From Candidatus Poribacteria bacterium (lineage in GTDB: Bacteria > Poribacteria > WGA-4E > WGA-3G), in NCBI GenBank assembly GCA_965215265.1, contig OZ244048.1, positions 2,112,001 through 2,176,000 of the forward strand: a stretch of DNA of 64,000 nucleotides, read 5' to 3'. The notes below the pieces were generated by a model, which was not told the origin of the DNA, did no database searches, and worked only from the letters and a program-made list of their open reading frames with translations. Shown here in pieces: positions 60,113 through 64,000 of the stretch (its first letter is position 1; the number at the start of each line of letters is the position of its first letter). The position numbers were made by a program, and so were the translations under genes.

Positions 60113-60137
60113 GGGGATAATCAAGTAGATTATCCCC
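60113..60137 (-). terminator. Stem-loop after the STAS pair
   Basis: GGGGATAATC-aagta-GATTATCCCC. Confidence 0.6.
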
Positions 60138-60144
60138 AACCTTA

Positions 60145-60495
60145 CTATGAATGCTCCAACAAAGCCGCACAAGCCTCATCTTCAGTTTCAAAGTTTTTAA
60201 AAACGGTGATTAATCTCGCCATCACAATCAGGTTTTTCACATGTTTATTCACATTTATCACCGCTATTTTCCCCCCGCGTGGATGGATATCAGCGTAGAT
60301 TTTCATCATCGCACCGAGAGCGGAACTGTCCATGCCTGTTACTTCTTGAAAATCAAATACTAATTTCGGCGACCCTGTGAGCCCGGCGAGAGTACTTTCG
60401 ATAACATCCGTTACCGTTGTAATACCCGGGGCCATAATCCTACCGCTGAGTCTAAAAACAATAACCCCTTCTCTCTCAGACACGGTGATTGCCAT
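60145..60495 (-). CDS. STAS domain anti-sigma factor antagonist
   Basis: VFDFQEVTGMDSSALG; GGAGG RBS. Confidence 0.9.
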   Translation of the reverse strand: MAITVSEREGVIVFRLSGRIMAPGITTVTDVIESTLAGLTGSPKLVFDFQEVTGMDSSALGAMMKIYADIHPRGGKIAVINVNKHVKNLIVMARLITVFKNFETEDEACAALLEHS

Positions 60496-60553
60496 ATTTT
60501 CATCCTCCACGTTGTGCAGTGTGAAGTGAATTCAGTCAATCAAGTTGGCTGAA

Positions 60554-60901
60554 TCAGTTTTCGCTACCTAATTCTGAGACCGCAGCATCTTCCGTGTCAT
60601 AATGTTCAAAGATACTAACGAGCCGGCTTCGGACAATCAGGTTTTTGATGTTTTTCCCAACGTTGATAACCCCAATCCTTCCACCTTGTCGTTTTGCCGC
60701 CACATGCGCACCCATCAGTGTACCCAAACCAGAACTGTCCATCATTGTGACCCGGTTAAAATCTATCAGAATCCGTGGTGCCTCACTGTCATTGATCTGA
60801 GCTGTAATAGTTTCTCGTAACTCTGATACAGCAGCACCCATTATTTTCCCCGTGGGTTCCAGAATGGCGACACCATCCTTTTGACGAATTGTCGTTGACA
60901 T
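60554..60901 (-). CDS. STAS domain anti-sigma factor antagonist
   Basis: LIDFNRVTMMDSSGLG; AAGGAG RBS. Confidence 0.92.
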   Translation of the reverse strand: MSTTIRQKDGVAILEPTGKIMGAAVSELRETITAQINDSEAPRILIDFNRVTMMDSSGLGTLMGAHVAAKRQGGRIGVINVGKNIKNLIVRSRLVSIFEHYDTEDAAVSELGSEN

Positions 60902-61192
60902 GAATTGTCTCCTTGTTCGATAGCTGCGTCATGAATCAGTACCTGAAAATCTTGATGAAAGTGATATAACCTTTATTCAAGCATCAGCCATCGCGCTATT
61001 AAGTGATGTAACAAATTTGAAACTGAGAATCACTTCATCTTATCTCTTAATTTTACAAAGTTTTTTATTATTTGTCAAGATCTTTTTCAGTCTCATTTAC
61101 TCTCATTTTTTAGAACGCTTGTCGTCAAACAGAGTAATAAAAAAAGTCTGCAAACTCCAAAAAATAGCGGCCAATGAGTCCAGTTGATTTAG

Positions 61193-61221
61193 TTGACATA
61201 TTTTACAAATTCTGTTAATAT
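61193..61221 (+). promoter_or_regulatory. sigma70-like promoter
   Basis: TTGACA-17 nt-TAATAT with TG extension. Confidence 0.5.
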
Positions 61222-61287
61222 TTAATTACATAGTTTGCAAAGCGATATTACAACGCCAATTAATATGCATGTTTGGAGGAGAAACCG

Positions 61288-62526
61288 ATGAAAAAGTTCA
61301 TAATCGCAGAAATTTGTGTCATTGTTGCTCTAGGTGGTGGGTTTTGGCTCGGACGAATTACAAGCACTGACAACAGTCACTTGCAATATTACAAAAATGC
61401 TGACCAAGCATGGGCTGCAGTTCAAAAAATTGACAGCCCGCCGATCCCGCTAGATGAATCGGATCAAAGCCGCATCCTCAAAGCGCGTGCTGGATACCGC
61501 GCAGTTTTTGAGAAATACCCAGACAGCCTCTGGGCAGACGATGCCATGTATCAACTCGCCTCACGTTTCACACGAACGGATGAGGAAGCATTCGCTTTGT
61601 TGCGGCGGCTAATCAATGATTACCCAGACAGCGAGTGGACAGATGATTCAATGTACGCCATCGCTGTTGCTTACTATAGAATTGCAGAAGAACTAAAAAA
61701 GACAGACACCCTTGAGTCAATTGATGCATACTACGACAAGGCACTCGCCCTTTTCAATCAGTTAATCACCATCTTCCCCGGCAGCATATTCGAAGAACAG
61801 GCACATTTTAATACCGCGATGTGTTACTACGGGAAGGGTGATTTCAACACCGCCCTTGCTCAATTTGGAAATCTGAGCCAAGATTTGAGAAATAGCTCAC
61901 TCTTTTATCAGATTTTGTACGTCACCGGCGAAATTTATTTCAAAATGCAGGACTATGAGAAGGCACGCACTGAATTTACTAACATCGTAGATTCCGGTGA
62001 TCCGGACTTCGGACCGCTTGCCAGCTTTGGTATCCCACAAACCTACCTTGCCGAAGGGAAATATGAAGAAGCAATCGCCGGATACCAAAAAGTCATAGCT
62101 CTCTATCCAGATGCACAGGTCGGACAAGATGCACACTTCTACATCGGCTGGGCGTATGAAAAACTAGAAAAGTATGATAAAGCAATCGCACAGTTGGAGG
62201 AAGCTATCGACCGATATCCGCGAAACGAGAACGCTGCCAACTCCCAGATTTACATTGGACAAATTGCATACGCTAGTCAAGATATGCCCAGCGCGATTAG
62301 TGCTTATCAAAAAGTTGCCGATAACAGGATGTACAATTACGACAGCCGGCGACAAGCACAGTACTGGGTAGGGAAAATCTATGAGGAAATCGGCGATATA
62401 GCTCAAGCCGTCGTTTCCTACCGGAAATTAGTCGACAATTTCCAAGAACCGCATAGAGAGACATCGCACCCTTCAAATAGTATAGATGATACTTATATAC
62501 AGAATCTAAAAAGCGAACGACTCTAA
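61288..62526 (+). CDS. Membrane-anchored TPR protein (BamD/CpoB-like repeats)
   Basis: N-terminal TM and repeated YPDS.WADDAMY / A.F.IG..Y patterns; GGAGG RBS. Confidence 0.85.
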   Translation: MKKFIIAEICVIVALGGGFWLGRITSTDNSHLQYYKNADQAWAAVQKIDSPPIPLDESDQSRILKARAGYRAVFEKYPDSLWADDAMYQLASRFTRTDEEAFALLRRLINDYPDSEWTDDSMYAIAVAYYRIAEELKKTDTLESIDAYYDKALALFNQLITIFPGSIFEEQAHFNTAMCYYGKGDFNTALAQFGNLSQDLRNSSLFYQILYVTGEIYFKMQDYEKARTEFTNIVDSGDPDFGPLASFGIPQTYLAEGKYEEAIAGYQKVIALYPDAQVGQDAHFYIGWAYEKLEKYDKAIAQLEEAIDRYPRNENAANSQIYIGQIAYASQDMPSAISAYQKVADNRMYNYDSRRQAQYWVGKIYEEIGDIAQAVVSYRKLVDNFQEPHRETSHPSNSIDDTYIQNLKSERL

Positions 62527-63714
62527 CGCTTGACCCAAGTCGGCAATAATATCCTCGGCATCCTCTAAGCCAATTGACATTCTGACTAAACCGTCCGAAA
62601 TCCCGGTTTTTTCTCGAATGTCGTGCGGCACTTGTGAGTGTGTAGTGGAGGCAGGATGGCAAACTAACGTTCGTACATCCCCTAAACTGACTGCCAGCGA
62701 GCAGAGCTGAAGCTGGTTCACAAACTGCTCACCTGTCTCCTTACCCCCCAAACGTCCGGCTTTAAGTTCAAACGTTATAATGCCACCGAACCCACTCATC
62801 TGCTGCCTTGCAAGCTCATGTTGCGGATGACTTTGCAAACCAGGATAGCGAACCCAGGCAACACAAGGATGACCTTCAAGAAACACCGCAACGCGCACCG
62901 CATTTTCACAGTGCCGAACCCAACGAAGCGGCAAGGTTGGAATACCCAACAGCGTTAACCACGCGTTGAAAGGGCTAATGACTGCCCCAAAATTGCGCAA
63001 AATGTTTTTGTTGGCAAGCCCAATGAACTCCTTCTCTCCAACAATCGCACCCGCTATGACAGTGCCGTTCCCGCTCAGGTACTTCGTCATGCTATGAACG
63101 ACTACATCAATACCTAACGTAATCGGTTGCTGCCCGCAAGGTGTCGCGAACGTATTATCGATAATTGAGGTTAAACCGTGTCTTTTTGCTATCCCGGCAC
63201 AAGAACCGAGGTCTACAATTTTCAGTAAAGGATTTGTCGGACTTTCAAGGTAAAGAACTTTTGTATCAGGCCGAATTGCTTTTTCGATTTTATCCGTATC
63301 TGTTGCATCCACAAAGGTTGTCTCAATACCTAGTTGCCGGAGGTCTTGGGCTAGCAGGCGGTGTGTCGCAGAATAGAGCGTCTCCATGGCCACTACGTGC
63401 CCGCCGCTTCGGAGTGCAGTGAGTAACGCTGTACTAACTGCACCCATGCCAGACGCGGTTGCAAGGGCGGCTCCGCCTTCTTCCATAACAGCGAGTTTCT
63501 GTTCTAAGGCACACTGTGTTGGATTACCCCAGCGCGTGTAGACATAGCCACTTTCTTCATTGATAAACGCTGCGGCACACTCCTCTGCCGTTGTGAACCG
63601 AAACGTGCTATTCTGATAGATAGAAGGCAGTAACGGAATCCCACTCTTTTCTGAGGAGGAAGGCGGTTGTTCTCCAGCATGGATAGCACGGGTAGCTGTT
63701 CCTAATTTTTTCAC
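62506..63714 (-). CDS. PLP-dependent trans-sulfuration enzyme (methionine gamma-lyase-like)
   Basis: YTRWGNPT, ASGMGA, ESPTNP, DNTFATP, HSMTKYLSG, AVSLGD, HPASTTH; GTG start overlaps the ogt stop. Confidence 0.9.
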   Translation of the reverse strand: MKKLGTATRAIHAGEQPPSSSEKSGIPLLPSIYQNSTFRFTTAEECAAAFINEESGYVYTRWGNPTQCALEQKLAVMEEGGAALATASGMGAVSTALLTALRSGGHVVAMETLYSATHRLLAQDLRQLGIETTFVDATDTDKIEKAIRPDTKVLYLESPTNPLLKIVDLGSCAGIAKRHGLTSIIDNTFATPCGQQPITLGIDVVVHSMTKYLSGNGTVIAGAIVGEKEFIGLANKNILRNFGAVISPFNAWLTLLGIPTLPLRWVRHCENAVRVAVFLEGHPCVAWVRYPGLQSHPQHELARQQMSGFGGIITFELKAGRLGGKETGEQFVNQLQLCSLAVSLGDVRTLVCHPASTTHSQVPHDIREKTGISDGLVRMSIGLEDAEDIIADLGQALESFAF

Positions 63715-64000
63715 CAATACCACTCCCTCTCTATTTTTAATTTCTCAACCGGATAGCCTTCAAGCTCTAACAATTGACATTTGCGCCATACGCCACTGTT
63801 ATAACCACTTAATCTGCCGTTACTTCCGATGACCCGATGGCACGGAATGATAATGTTTAGCAGATTTCCAGCAACCGTATTGCCTATCGAACGTGCCGCG
63901 TTCGGCCTCCCAATCTGATTCGCAATCCATTTGTACGTCCGCACCTCACCATAAGGAATCTGACGAACTGTGTTCCAGACGGCATGCTGGAACTCTGTGC
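63711..64000 (-). CDS. ogt: Methylated-DNA-protein-cysteine methyltransferase (5' part outside the window)
   Basis: IPYGEVRTY, AARSIG, IPCHRV active site, LLELEG. Confidence 0.9.
   Translation of the reverse strand, partial: TEFQHAVWNTVRQIPYGEVRTYKWIANQIGRPNAARSIGNTVAGNLLNIIIPCHRVIGSNGRLSGYNSGVWRKCQLLELEGYPVEKLKIEREWYW

Noticed and set aside
62506-62526. Convergent 3' overlaps (TPR/trans-sulfuration enzyme; also lpdA/pfkB at 47604-47607)
   Set aside because: Short tail-to-tail overlaps are common and need no special explanation.
1-64000. CRISPR arrays, tRNA/rRNA genes and the many antisense or nested ORFs in the track
   Set aside because: No regularly spaced repeats or RNA-gene signatures were seen; the shadow ORFs overlap well-supported genes and lack motifs.

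Overview
Bacterial chromosomal window with diderm-type gene content; the mix of WD40/TPR remnants, an Rpn gene, microcompartment genes and a giant acidic envelope protein is suggestive of Candidatus Poribacteria (inference only). 1-15.9 kb is a defence island: a Druantia-like partner/DruE helicase pair, a DUF805 gene with a nonsense codon, an Rpn nuclease with an internal antitoxin-like start, and a type III R-M system whose mod gene is frameshifted at a G9 tract and separated from res by a DUF2280-like gene. 15.9-27.3 kb is metabolic/redox: VWA-CoxE, Zn-ADH, QW-repeat protein, msrP, peptidase, phosphoesterase, TPR, and a three-gene microcompartment locus. It also holds the best find, which the ORF track misses: an outer-membrane beta-barrel gene reading signal peptide-C-P-A-TGA followed by a SECIS-like hairpin (putative CxxU selenoprotein), downstream of a Cys-rich ORF ending in R-G-P-P (DUF2946/CruR-like arrest leader). 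27.4-39.5 kb is an envelope cluster (Wzz-like protein, 1108-aa acidic lipoprotein/barrel, ExbB fused to a recently duplicated Ig-like domain, two ExbD genes plus an ExbD remnant, no TonB). 39.6-64 kb is housekeeping (gltB, ggt, lpdA, PfkB kinase, ahcY, metK, rpsA), a partner-switching signalling cluster, a TPR protein, a trans-sulfuration enzyme and ogt. No tRNA, rRNA or CRISPR array was seen. Family calls come from motif recognition by eye; no database search was run.
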